From IMG/VR virus record IMGVR_UViG_3300031539_000033: a DNA stretch of 57,537 nucleotides; one strand, given 5' to 3'. This DNA comes from a virus. Made by a program: the position numbers and the translations under genes. Below the pieces are notes generated by a model. The model was not told where the DNA came from. It made no database searches and saw only the letters and a list, made by a program, of their open reading frames with translations. Numbering within the stretch: the stretch's first letter is position 1; every line of letters begins with the position of its first letter. This document shows, piece after piece, positions 16,526 to 25,724 of the stretch.

Positions 16526-19500
16526 ATGCCCAAGGAATACCTCGCCTGCGTGGCGAGCGAAAAGAAATCCGGGAAGTCCCTGGCCGACGCGAAGCGCATC
16601 TGCGCCATCGCGTACCACAAGCGACACGGCAAGACGCCGCAGGAAGCGGCAGGGGAGACGCTAGACATGGCCCAGGTCAGGGACAGCATCGAGGCACAGA
16701 TTCGCGCGGCATTGGAGCGCGGCGACGAGGATGGCGCTACCGAGTTGCGCATCCTCCTGGAGCAGGCGGATTCCGTCGTGATGGAGACACCGCGAAAGGT
16801 GAGGGAGCAGGCCTTCCCGGACGCCCGCGCCTCAATCTACGCGATGGACGACGGGCAAGAGTTCCCCGCCCTTCCGGTGCCTGCTGAGACGTCGCCCCTC
16901 ATGGAGGTCTACGTTCGCATCGACGGCAGCTATGAGGCCGACATGCGGGACATCCGCAAGGCGATCAAGGACGGTTACCAGTCCTTCGGGTCGGAGGAAG
17001 AGTGGGGGCCGAGCCTGGAGGCCACGTTCGGCAACCGCGTGGTCGTCAGTGGAGGCCAGGGGCAGCTCTACCGGGCCGCATGGAAGCGAGGCGAGGACGG
17101 CACGGTATCCCTGGAGGACATTCGCCAGGTGCGGGCCGTTCTGCGCGTTGACGACGCCGAAGCGATTCGCACGGCACCCCCGGCGGGCGACGGCGAAGCG
17201 ACCCTCGCCGGCGATGTTCCAGCGCAAGCCGAGACGACTGAACTCCTCGAAACCTACACCGCCCCCGTCCGAATCGTCGCCGAGAAGGACACGACCACGA
17301 CCGCGGGCAGCACCGACCACCTTATGACGGTGGAATGCCTGCTCGGTATTGCGGACACCCCCACGAAGAATGGGCGAGTCTACCCCAAGGGCCTCTTTGA
17401 GAGTATCGTCGCGGAGTCGAAGGAGGGCACGGCCCGCTCGAAGCGGTGGCTCGGCGAGGGTGACCACCCTGCCGACGGCCGGCCCCGGCTTATGGATACG
17501 GTCTGCACCCCCTGGCGGGACTTGCGGCTCGAAGGCAATCACCTGCTGGGGGCGACGGACGTTATCAACACTAGCAAAGGCGCTGATGTGCAGCGGCTCG
17601 TCCGCAACGGCGTTCCGGTGCAGGTGAGTTCGCGCACTGCCGCTATCACGACTACGGAGGTAAGAGACGGACAAACAGTTGAGATTGTAGATGAGAAGAC
17701 GGCGCTCGCGAACCTCGGCGGCTGGGACTTCGTCCTAGGCGCTGCCGCCCACGAGGGCGATGAGGTCGCGGGCGTTCGCAATTTCAGGGAGAGGGACGGT
17801 CAGCCTGCGGCAGCCGCTTCGGCTCCCTCGTCGAGTGATGTTCCTGGAGAGACCATCGACGAGGTGCTAGACGAAATGACCACAGAAGAGTTGCAGAAGC
17901 TCATCCAGGAGGCCGTCGCCAAGGGCACGACCGCCGGCGTACAGGTCCTCATGGAGACGAAAGGCGACCCGCCTGCCGCGGGTGCCGATCCGCCAAAGGT
18001 TGACGGCGAAGAGCCCAAGCCGAAGACGGAGACGAAGGAACCGGACAAACTTAGTGAGATGTCCGGGCGTATTGATAGCCTAGCCGAAGTCGTTACGACT
18101 TACGTGCAGGGCCAGGCCGATGAGAAGAAGGCTGAGGAGAAGGCCGCGGCCCTCAAGCTCGCTACCACGGCGATCATGGAGACCGACGAGGTCAAGGCAT
18201 GGGAACCGCCAGCGCGCAAGCTCATGGAGCAGAGGTTGGCGGAGGTCACGGAAGTCGACCAGCTTCAGCCGACCTATGAGCGTACCGAGCGCACCCTTCA
18301 GGAGATCGGCCTGCTGATCATCAACCGTCCGGGCGGAATGGGTATTACCGCCGCCCACGTCGCTTCCACCCCCGAAAAGAGCCGCGAGGACCGCGCCAAG
18401 GAGTTCCAGCTTGGCGTACTTTCCCCGCGCTTCCTCCCCGAGAGCCGCGAAGAAGTTCTCGATCTCTTGTGCGAGGGGATTCCCGACAATGGCCTGCACA
18501 GTTCCACCGATCCCGACGACCCGGTTGCGAGGGCGTTGGGCGGGGATGCCCCCTTCCACGGGTACCACCCCGGCAACCCGAATCACGTCTTCCGCACGGT
18601 GGTGGAAAACGTGATCCGCATGTACCCCAACTACCTGATGGCGAACCTACGGCAGTACCGGCCCCAGTTCGCTATGCTCGAATGGACGGGCACCACGAAC
18701 GTCGCGCAGACGGTGCCTTACGTCCTGCCGATCATCCGGCAGGTGTGGGCGCGTCTCCAGTGGGTTATGGAACTGATGAGCGTTCAGCCCATGACGAAGT
18801 CGACCGGCGTGGTCCACTTCCTCGACTTCCTCTACGACCCGACGCTGGGCAACCCGGCTATTCCGGGCGAGTTCTGTTCTGACTACGCTCAGTACGTCTC
18901 TGAACAGGCCACTATACCGCAGGTGAAGCTCAGCCTGACTCACGCTGATATCACCATGGACACGAAGAAGTTGCGGGCGCAGTGGTCGAGTGAAGTCCGC
19001 CAGAACCTGCGGGCAGACCACGGTATCGCTATCGAGGCGGAGATGGTCAACTTCATGGCAGACGAGATCGCCCGAGAGGTGGTCGCCCTGCTCATGAATA
19101 CCATGCGAACCGCCGCGGACCCGGCTGGTAACGTCACCGCCGGCAATGTGAACTTCGGTTGTCTCCTGCCGGCTGCCGGCTACGTCGAACTTGGCACCTG
19201 GCAGAAGGAACTCTACCGGCACATCCTGCAGGCAGATGGCCTTGTCCGGGCGCAGCGACGCGCCCGCACGAATTGGGCCGTCGCCGGGTCGAACGCGCTG
19301 ATTCGACTGATGCGATTAGAGAGTTGGTCGGCAACGACCGTAGACGCGGAAGCCGCCGAGTGGGAAGTCGGTATCAACCGCGTTGGGACCTTGGACGGAC
19401 AGCCGAAGTACAAGGTCTACGGTGCCGACCCCGATTTCTGGCCCACCGAGTTGATTCTCGTTGGGCGCAAGGGTGCGGACTGGTATGACTCGGGCATGGT

Positions 19501-19663
19501 CTACTGCCCGTTCATTCCGCTCTACACCGCTCCGGCGTTTGTCAACCCGGATACCCTCTGTGAGACAGTTGCGGTGATGAGCCGCTTCGGCTACTCCAAG
19601 GTCGTAGGCAACAGCCTTGCGACCGTCACCTGCCAGCCGGCTGTTCAGGGCGTGGGTTGGTAG
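16526..19663 (+). CDS. Prohead protease - scaffold-like linker - major capsid protein fusion
   Basis: 1045 aa. NGRVYPKGLF...GEGDHP...QVSSR resembles the T4 gp21 (S77) protease. The acidic, Pro-rich middle contains EELQKLIQEAV. The C-terminal ~450 aa carries ELMSVQPMTKSTGVVHFLDFLY, a gp23-like capsid motif. Confidence 0.7.
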   Translation: MPKEYLACVASEKKSGKSLADAKRICAIAYHKRHGKTPQEAAGETLDMAQVRDSIEAQIRAALERGDEDGATELRILLEQADSVVMETPRKVREQAFPDARASIYAMDDGQEFPALPVPAETSPLMEVYVRIDGSYEADMRDIRKAIKDGYQSFGSEEEWGPSLEATFGNRVVVSGGQGQLYRAAWKRGEDGTVSLEDIRQVRAVLRVDDAEAIRTAPPAGDGEATLAGDVPAQAETTELLETYTAPVRIVAEKDTTTTAGSTDHLMTVECLLGIADTPTKNGRVYPKGLFESIVAESKEGTARSKRWLGEGDHPADGRPRLMDTVCTPWRDLRLEGNHLLGATDVINTSKGADVQRLVRNGVPVQVSSRTAAITTTEVRDGQTVEIVDEKTALANLGGWDFVLGAAAHEGDEVAGVRNFRERDGQPAAAASAPSSSDVPGETIDEVLDEMTTEELQKLIQEAVAKGTTAGVQVLMETKGDPPAAGADPPKVDGEEPKPKTETKEPDKLSEMSGRIDSLAEVVTTYVQGQADEKKAEEKAAALKLATTAIMETDEVKAWEPPARKLMEQRLAEVTEVDQLQPTYERTERTLQEIGLLIINRPGGMGITAAHVASTPEKSREDRAKEFQLGVLSPRFLPESREEVLDLLCEGIPDNGLHSSTDPDDPVARALGGDAPFHGYHPGNPNHVFRTVVENVIRMYPNYLMANLRQYRPQFAMLEWTGTTNVAQTVPYVLPIIRQVWARLQWVMELMSVQPMTKSTGVVHFLDFLYDPTLGNPAIPGEFCSDYAQYVSEQATIPQVKLSLTHADITMDTKKLRAQWSSEVRQNLRADHGIAIEAEMVNFMADEIAREVVALLMNTMRTAADPAGNVTAGNVNFGCLLPAAGYVELGTWQKELYRHILQADGLVRAQRRARTNWAVAGSNALIRLMRLESWSATTVDAEAAEWEVGINRVGTLDGQPKYKVYGADPDFWPTELILVGRKGADWYDSGMVYCPFIPLYTAPAFVNPDTLCETVAVMSRFGYSKVVGNSLATVTCQPAVQGVGW

Positions 19664-19701
19664 TCTGAACGGTACCGACTGGACTGACTGACGCAATGAG
19701 T

Positions 19702-19730
19702 GGGGAGGGCGGCGATCTGTCGCCCTCCCC
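19702..19730 (+). terminator. Perfect GC hairpin after the capsid gene (attenuator or terminator-like)
   Basis: ggggagggcg / cgccctcccc 10-bp stem with a 9-nt loop; no U-tract. Confidence 0.45.
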
Positions 19731-19749
19731 TACATTCCGGGAGCCTCGG

Positions 19750-21852
19750 ATGTCAGAAACGGTAAAGGTACGAAATACGTCCAGGGTCGATCAGCTTTCG
19801 GGCATTTGGTTGATTCGCGCGGGCGAGACAACGGTTCTGCCAATTAACGCACTAGGCGGTTTCGGGTCCTCGGTAGAGGTCATCGACGATCCGACCACAT
19901 CGAATATGACGCTCTATCGAACCCCCTGTATGCCGGGTTGTGGGCATTCCCTCTGCACACTCTCACGGCAAGTCACTCTGGCACTGCAACGCATGGGCTT
20001 CTCGGTGGACCGGCAGACGTGGCGAGCAAATCGTGACCAGCCCCCGATAGGAAAGAGTCTGCTCTGCAACGCGGGGACATTCGAGGGGCCGTCCGGTTCC
20101 TGGTCATGGTTTCATTTCGACAATAGCATCGCGCCACGTAATCACGTCGCGTACTTCTTAGAGCACTTCACGGGGAACATCTGCGTAAGCGGTGCCGTGC
20201 GAGATGCCCTGAGTGCGGCAGGGGTATCGGAGGACCGCCTGCGGGTCATTCCGAATGGAATCGATACATCGCTGTTTTGTCCTGACGGTCCGATTATGGA
20301 TATTGGCGGCAACTCATTCATCTTCGCCATGGTCGGCGCTATGTCGCCTCGCAAGGGCGTTGATGTCGCGCTGGAGGCTTACGGGCAGGCATTCAAGCGT
20401 TCCGACAAAGTTCTGCTCGTAGTCAAGAACTACGACTATGGCCGCGATGCTTGGTGCCGGGAGATCATTGCCGAATGGCGGAAGCGACTCGGCAGTAAGG
20501 CACCGCGGGTCGAGTATATATATCAGATGGGCATGGGCAATTCACAACCGCCATGGATGGATAGCGAAGTTGCTGCATTCTACCGGCGCGCCGCGCAGCA
20601 CGGCGCGTATCTCGCGCCAGCACGAGTCGAAGGGTTCGGCTTGACGGGATTGGAGGCGCTGGCCTGCGGCTGCCGACTCGGTACTACCGGGTGGAGCGGG
20701 CAACTCGAATATGCTACAGATGAGAACGCGCACTTGTTCCCCTACATGATGGCCCCGAGCAACAACAACCTCGGTCTCTATGAGGCTGACGAAAGGCCGC
20801 TGTGGGCCGAACCCGACCTCGCGGACGTCGCCGACTGGATGCGGCGGGTATTCGAGGAGTCGCCCGACGAGTTGAAACAGAGGGAGATCGCCGAGGACCT
20901 GCGGCAGCGATTCACATATGCGCGCATGGCCCGCGGTATCGCCGATGTCTTGGGACTGAAGGAGCGCCGAGGACCCGAAACCGTCCGCGAGTCTGTTCCA
21001 GGGACTCCACTCGCGAAATCCAGCGGTGCCGCGGTTCTCGGCGCCCCCAGTCCGCCAGGGATGGAAACGCTCGGCGTAGGTATCCCCACGAGAGATAGAC
21101 CGGGATACCTCGCGATCTTACTATCGGCGCTCTACGTGCAGACGAAGCGCCCGAATGCCATCTGTATCGTGAATGATGGCGAACCAACCTTACGAGACAA
21201 TTCCGCCGTCAAACAGATGGTCGAGCGCTGGGAGCAGAGCGGTATCCCGTGCGATATAGTCCAGGGTTCGGGAAGGGGTGCCAGTCCGAACCATCAAATC
21301 GCGCTAGAACATCTCGGGACCGATCTCGTCCTAAGAATTGACGACGACCTTCTGCCAGCCCGACCGGATTTCATAGAGCGTCTTTACCGCTTGATTGATA
21401 ACCAACCCGAAGTCGGGGCCGTCGGCGGCTGCTATCCCATGCACAGCGATGGAGTCCTGCATGAATACGGCCCTCTTGCCACCAAGCGAGGGATGACGAA
21501 TACGCTGGCCGATCTGCTGGCCGGCCATGCGAGGCTGCAGTTCTGGCAGTTCTCCGACGAGGCGGTCGTGGAGTGCGAACACTTATATTCGACGTGGATG
21601 TATCGGGCGAGTGCGCTCCAGGAGGTCGGCGGGTTCGCGGATTGCTATAGCCGGTTCGGACAGCGGGAAGAATCCGATGCGAGCGTTAGGTTGCACCTTC
21701 TCGGTAAGAAGAAGTTACTCGTTGACACCCAGGCCCTCGCCTGGCATTTCCTCGCTCCAGGTGGCAGACGGCCCGAGGGTACGCGGGAGAGGGCGCTCGC
21801 TGATGATAAGGTATTCCGCGCAAGGGTCGCGCAGTGGAGGGCGCAGGCATGA
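19750..21852 (+). CDS. Bifunctional glycosyltransferase (GT4-type GT-B domain + GT2-type GT-A domain)
   Basis: PARVEGFGLTGLEALACG (GT4 E-x7-E region); LGVGIPTRDRPGYLAILLSALYVQT...VNDGEP...RIDDDL (GT2 DxD). The ATG at 19696 would place the hairpin inside the ORF. Confidence 0.8.
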   Translation: MSETVKVRNTSRVDQLSGIWLIRAGETTVLPINALGGFGSSVEVIDDPTTSNMTLYRTPCMPGCGHSLCTLSRQVTLALQRMGFSVDRQTWRANRDQPPIGKSLLCNAGTFEGPSGSWSWFHFDNSIAPRNHVAYFLEHFTGNICVSGAVRDALSAAGVSEDRLRVIPNGIDTSLFCPDGPIMDIGGNSFIFAMVGAMSPRKGVDVALEAYGQAFKRSDKVLLVVKNYDYGRDAWCREIIAEWRKRLGSKAPRVEYIYQMGMGNSQPPWMDSEVAAFYRRAAQHGAYLAPARVEGFGLTGLEALACGCRLGTTGWSGQLEYATDENAHLFPYMMAPSNNNLGLYEADERPLWAEPDLADVADWMRRVFEESPDELKQREIAEDLRQRFTYARMARGIADVLGLKERRGPETVRESVPGTPLAKSSGAAVLGAPSPPGMETLGVGIPTRDRPGYLAILLSALYVQTKRPNAICIVNDGEPTLRDNSAVKQMVERWEQSGIPCDIVQGSGRGASPNHQIALEHLGTDLVLRIDDDLLPARPDFIERLYRLIDNQPEVGAVGGCYPMHSDGVLHEYGPLATKRGMTNTLADLLAGHARLQFWQFSDEAVVECEHLYSTWMYRASALQEVGGFADCYSRFGQREESDASVRLHLLGKKKLLVDTQALAWHFLAPGGRRPEGTRERALADDKVFRARVAQWRAQA

Positions 21853-22820
21853 TTCTCGTAGTAGGCATTGACGGCTACTCCTACGACTGGCGGCACTGGC
21901 TGGAGGAAGACGGCTTCCATACCGGCGTTCTGGATTCCCCGCATGCACTATCGGGTCCCGCCTGGACGAGCATCTTCACGGGGTTGACGGCGGAGGGGCA
22001 TGGTATCCCGCACGTCCCACAGCCGCGAATGCTTAAGGGCCTGAAGCGGCCGCCCTATGTATGGGACCACCTCGCGGCCGCGGATATGGAAACGGTGGCG
22101 ATCAATGTGCCCTTCACGTACCCGCCCCGGTTGGTGCGGCGGCTTCTCGTCTGCGGGTATCCCGCGCCCGAAAAGAATCGGACATTCCCGCGGCAGGCGG
22201 CGGTGGATTGGGCATGGCGCGACCTCGACCTCTACTACGCGCATCAAGGCGAGCCCTCCTGGGATTTCCTCGCCTGTCCAGACAAGGACCTGATGGAGAC
22301 TTGCCATGCTGCCCGGTGGGCACTCGCGCACAGATTCCTCGTGGAACTCAAGAAGGGGCAGCCCGATCTCGCCATTCTCTGTTTGACGGACCTGGACAGA
22401 CTCGCGCATTATGCCTATCGGACGTTCCGGCAGAAGCGGACCCTGAAGAGCATCGTGGCGGATATACGGGTGATGCTGCAGCGGTTCGAGTTCACTCTCT
22501 ACCCCGAATGGACATTCATTGTTTCCGACCATGCGCTGGATTTGACCGATGAACCCCGCGAGGGGGATGGCTGGGGTCTATGCCATGGGCCGAACTACCC
22601 GGCGACGCGGCGCGGAATCATCGCCTACAAGGGCCCACAGGCACGGCCAGTCGAGAATTTGGAAGTGAGTGTAGAAGACGTTACTCCCACGCTGCTCTAC
22701 CTGCTCGATGCGGCCCCCTCACGGCGGATAGAGGGGATAGCATTGACGCAGATCACCGAGGGCGGGGCGGTAGACGAGGCCGAAATTCGACGACAACTGG
22801 AGGGTCTAGGTTATGCCTGA
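21849..22820 (+). CDS. Alkaline-phosphatase superfamily enzyme (type I phosphodiesterase / nucleotide pyrophosphatase-like)
   Basis: ILVVGIDGYSYD...LSGPAWTSIFTGLTAEGHGI...FIVSDHA. ATGA overlap with the GT gene. Confidence 0.7.
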   Translation: MILVVGIDGYSYDWRHWLEEDGFHTGVLDSPHALSGPAWTSIFTGLTAEGHGIPHVPQPRMLKGLKRPPYVWDHLAAADMETVAINVPFTYPPRLVRRLLVCGYPAPEKNRTFPRQAAVDWAWRDLDLYYAHQGEPSWDFLACPDKDLMETCHAARWALAHRFLVELKKGQPDLAILCLTDLDRLAHYAYRTFRQKRTLKSIVADIRVMLQRFEFTLYPEWTFIVSDHALDLTDEPREGDGWGLCHGPNYPATRRGIIAYKGPQARPVENLEVSVEDVTPTLLYLLDAAPSRRIEGIALTQITEGGAVDEAEIRRQLEGLGYA

Positions 22821-23511
22821 GGGCAAATGGGACCCAGGGACTTCGATGGACGCGCTCTGGGACCGACTCGCGAAAGAGAACTCGACGAGTGCCATCTGCT
22901 ACCGGGCGAGTCCCGAATGGTTTGAGGAGAGCGGGCAGAGGGACGCCAAGTATCTCGCCGGCCTGGTCGATTTCTTCTTCGAGGATCGTGCCGCGGTGAC
23001 GGTTCTCGATATCGGCGGGGGCACCGGCAGGACGGCCAAGTATCTCGCCCCAGTCGTCGGGACCTACCACCTGCTCGACGTAAGCGGCGAGATGCTGCGG
23101 CAGGCCGCCGAGCGGATGCCAATTATGACGCAGGGTGGGAAGGTCGTGCTCGTAAAGGGCAGCGGATATTCGCTGGAAGCCATCAAGGATGGTGCTATCC
23201 AGTTTGCTTTCTCCCACATGGTCTTCCAGCACATGGACAGAGAGGTAGTGGTCCGGTATCTGCGCGACCTGCCGCGCGTTCTGACTGACGATGGCATAGC
23301 ATGGCTTCAGGTTCCAGCGATGCGCTATCCGCAGCGATTCGAGGAGGCTGACCGGGGCGACTGGCCGGCGAACTTCCGGCGCTGGTATCCCGGCGAACTG
23401 CTTGAGGTTTGCATGAGGGCGGGGCTCTCTATAATCGCGGCGGACTGCGACGCGCTAGAAGTGATCGTTGCGAAGCCCCCGGCGGTGCCATGGCTTGGCG
23501 GGAGCGACTGA
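22813..23511 (+). CDS. Class I SAM-dependent methyltransferase
   Basis: VTVLDIGGGTGRTAKYL...LLDVSGEML (motif I and post-I). Confidence 0.8.
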   Translation: MPEGKWDPGTSMDALWDRLAKENSTSAICYRASPEWFEESGQRDAKYLAGLVDFFFEDRAAVTVLDIGGGTGRTAKYLAPVVGTYHLLDVSGEMLRQAAERMPIMTQGGKVVLVKGSGYSLEAIKDGAIQFAFSHMVFQHMDREVVVRYLRDLPRVLTDDGIAWLQVPAMRYPQRFEEADRGDWPANFRRWYPGELLEVCMRAGLSIIAADCDALEVIVAKPPAVPWLGGSD

Positions 23512-24134
23512 TGGACACGGCGACGATACCACAGACGCCCGACAACGAACTGATGGCGTTGAAATGTACCCCGCACCCTAAACGGGTTTGGGGTTACCTA
23601 CAGGAGGATGAGGCGCAGCGTCTTACGTGGCTCGCGGCGCGGGTGCCCGCAGACAAGGCTATCGTAGAAATCGGTTCCCTCCGCGGGCGGTCGACGTGCC
23701 GGCTCGGATTGGGTGCCGCGGCCGGTCTGGGCGCGCACGTCTGGGCTATCGACACCTGGGGACCGTATAGTCCGGCAAGCGGGCTGAAGGGCGGGGACCA
23801 ACACCGCGAGCGCTTCGATTTCAACATTGACCTTTTCGGGCTGGGGGCGCAGGTGACGCCCATTCGAGCCGACTCCAGGGAAATCGCGAAGGTCTGGCAG
23901 CGAGAGATTGGACTGCTCTTCATTGATGGCGAGCATACCTATGAAGGGATACGCGGCGACTACGAGGGGTTTCATGAGCATGTAGTAGCAGGCGGCTGGT
24001 TGGCTATCCATGACTATTACGAGGACTGGGTGGACATCATACGGTTCGTCAATGAGACGGTCTTTCCATCCGACGATTGGGAGACCGCGAACCTGCGATG
24101 CACCCTGCTTACCATGAGGAGACGAGAGAGCTAA
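23511..24134 (+). CDS. Class I SAM-dependent methyltransferase (Methyltransf_24/CmcI-like)
   Basis: IVEIGSLRGRST...AIDTW...LLFIDGEHTYEG...GGWLAIHDY. TGATG coupling; alternative ATG at 23490. Confidence 0.7.
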   Translation: MDTATIPQTPDNELMALKCTPHPKRVWGYLQEDEAQRLTWLAARVPADKAIVEIGSLRGRSTCRLGLGAAAGLGAHVWAIDTWGPYSPASGLKGGDQHRERFDFNIDLFGLGAQVTPIRADSREIAKVWQREIGLLFIDGEHTYEGIRGDYEGFHEHVVAGGWLAIHDYYEDWVDIIRFVNETVFPSDDWETANLRCTLLTMRRRES

Positions 24135-24364
24135 TGGCCATGGAGGTAACCGCCAAACGGGATGCCATGGTGGTTCGTCAGGCGGGGCAGTCGGGAACCG
24201 GAACTATGTATCGCCGCTGGTTCGATACCTGCCTGCACAACCGACCGGACTGCCCCCGGATTTCCGGAGAGGACGTGATTGCGATTTCGGAAGGACAGGC
24301 GCGGAGCATGATGGGTTGTGGTTGGTACCCCTGCGCCGTTTGCGCGCCAGGGTTATTCTGGTAA
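24134..24364 (+). CDS. Small Cys-containing protein
   Basis: 76 aa. TAATG coupling. ...CGWYPCAVCAPGLFW. Confidence 0.5.
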   Translation: MAMEVTAKRDAMVVRQAGQSGTGTMYRRWFDTCLHNRPDCPRISGEDVIAISEGQARSMMGCGWYPCAVCAPGLFW

Positions 24365-24374
24365 GGATATCCAC

Positions 24375-25337
24375 TTGAATCTCGCCCACATAGCTTTCTA
24401 CAAGCGGAGCGAAGGACACCCTGGCGGTGTCCCTTTGTTTGGCCATTACGTGGAGCAGCAGCTCGGCGCGCGGCTTTACTCGTGGTCGGACATGCCGCAG
24501 AAGGCGCGAGTAGACGAGGCTGGCGCGGCTGATCTGCTAGGGCGCTGGCTTGTCTCATCGGGCGCGCTGAACGACATTGAGGCGGTTATCGTGGACGGTT
24601 TCTGGGGCCGCGGACTGGTGGACTTTGACGGCCCGGTAATCTCGGTGGCCCATGGAACCTGGAAGGGCATTGGACTGGCCTGCAATTCAGCGGAGGCTAT
24701 GCGGCTCGGCGAGATACAACAGGCCGAATACCGGCGGCTACCCACCGTAGCTGTTAGCCACTATACCAAGTGGGAGTTGCAGGGTATGTACGGAGTCGAG
24801 CCGGCGGCGATCATCGCCAACGGACTGGACCTAGACGAGTACCAGCCGCGGCAGCATCCGGCGCGGGAACGGCCCATCGCAATCTATCCGAGCGACGCCA
24901 TGCCGAAGGGCGGGGATGTGATAGCGGCACTCGCGAGGAGGCGGCCCGATATCGAGTTCCGACTGATCGGGGCGGGGATCGGAGCAGAGGCCGAAGCTAT
25001 AGCTGCTGGAGACATCTTCGTCTCCCCGTCCCGCGCAGATGGCTGCCCCTATGCGGGATTGCAGGCGTTGGCTTGTGGACTACCGATTGTGGCGAGTGAT
25101 GTGGGACTGTTCGCCGACATCGAAGGCGGCATGATGAATGGCCTGCCAGTTGGGGAGACAGTGCCGGTGGTAGCGACGGATGACGCGGCTGTCGAGCAGT
25201 GGAGTCAGGCATTGACGCGGGTTCTAGCGCGGCGGCAGGCGGTTTCGCTGGGCGCGCGAGCCTGGGCCGAGGAGTTCGGCGGATTAGATAGGTGGGAGGC
25301 GGACTGGCGAGAGTTTCTCCAGGGAGCGATGGGCTGA
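24375..25337 (+). CDS. Glycosyltransferase family 4-like (GT-B)
   Basis: FVSPSRADGCPYAGLQALACGLPIVASDVG. TTG 24375 lies 7 nt after AAGGA; the ORF is also open from ATG 24318. Confidence 0.7.
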   Translation: MNLAHIAFYKRSEGHPGGVPLFGHYVEQQLGARLYSWSDMPQKARVDEAGAADLLGRWLVSSGALNDIEAVIVDGFWGRGLVDFDGPVISVAHGTWKGIGLACNSAEAMRLGEIQQAEYRRLPTVAVSHYTKWELQGMYGVEPAAIIANGLDLDEYQPRQHPARERPIAIYPSDAMPKGGDVIAALARRRPDIEFRLIGAGIGAEAEAIAAGDIFVSPSRADGCPYAGLQALACGLPIVASDVGLFADIEGGMMNGLPVGETVPVVATDDAAVEQWSQALTRVLARRQAVSLGARAWAEEFGGLDRWEADWREFLQGAMG

Positions 25338-25639
25338 TGCCGACGACTATGCGAGACATCACGCGGAAAACGTCCGCTGCTCACGCCTCACCTCCCGTTC
25401 AGGGGCAGACGGCCTCGCCAACCGACCTGCCCCTGGACACCTGCGGCGCCTGTGAAGCGTCCCTATTCGGCCAGTTCGAGCCGGTGGCCGCGGGCGATAC
25501 GGGGCTCTATATGAGCCAGGACCGTAGAGCGCGCGAGGAAACCGGAACCTCGCAGCCTCGCGACTTTAAGTGCCGGCAGTGTGGACGAATCATGCGGCGG
25601 GTTCCCGACGATATCGACGCGCAGGTAATCGGTATGTAA
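25337..25639 (+). CDS. Small zinc-ribbon protein
   Basis: 100 aa. TGATG coupling. CGACE...CRQCG. Confidence 0.55.
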   Translation: MPTTMRDITRKTSAAHASPPVQGQTASPTDLPLDTCGACEASLFGQFEPVAAGDTGLYMSQDRRAREETGTSQPRDFKCRQCGRIMRRVPDDIDAQVIGM

Positions 25640-25667
25640 TCGCCTTTAGCTATCGCCATAGTGGAGA

Positions 25668-25698
25668 GGCCCCGCACCTATATAGGCCGGGGCTTTTA
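25668..25698 (+). terminator. Rho-independent terminator
   Basis: ggccccg...cggggc stem followed by TTTT, in the 85-nt gap before the connector genes. Confidence 0.6.
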
Positions 25699-25724
25699 TA
25701 TGGCCAGGAGAGAGTCACCAACGC

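Noticed and set aside
19696-19749. Upstream ATG (19696) as the start of the GT4-GT2 gene
   Set aside because: It would put the perfect 10-bp hairpin (19702-19730) inside the first codons. ATG 19750 (MSETVKV...) is more plausible, although this is unproven.
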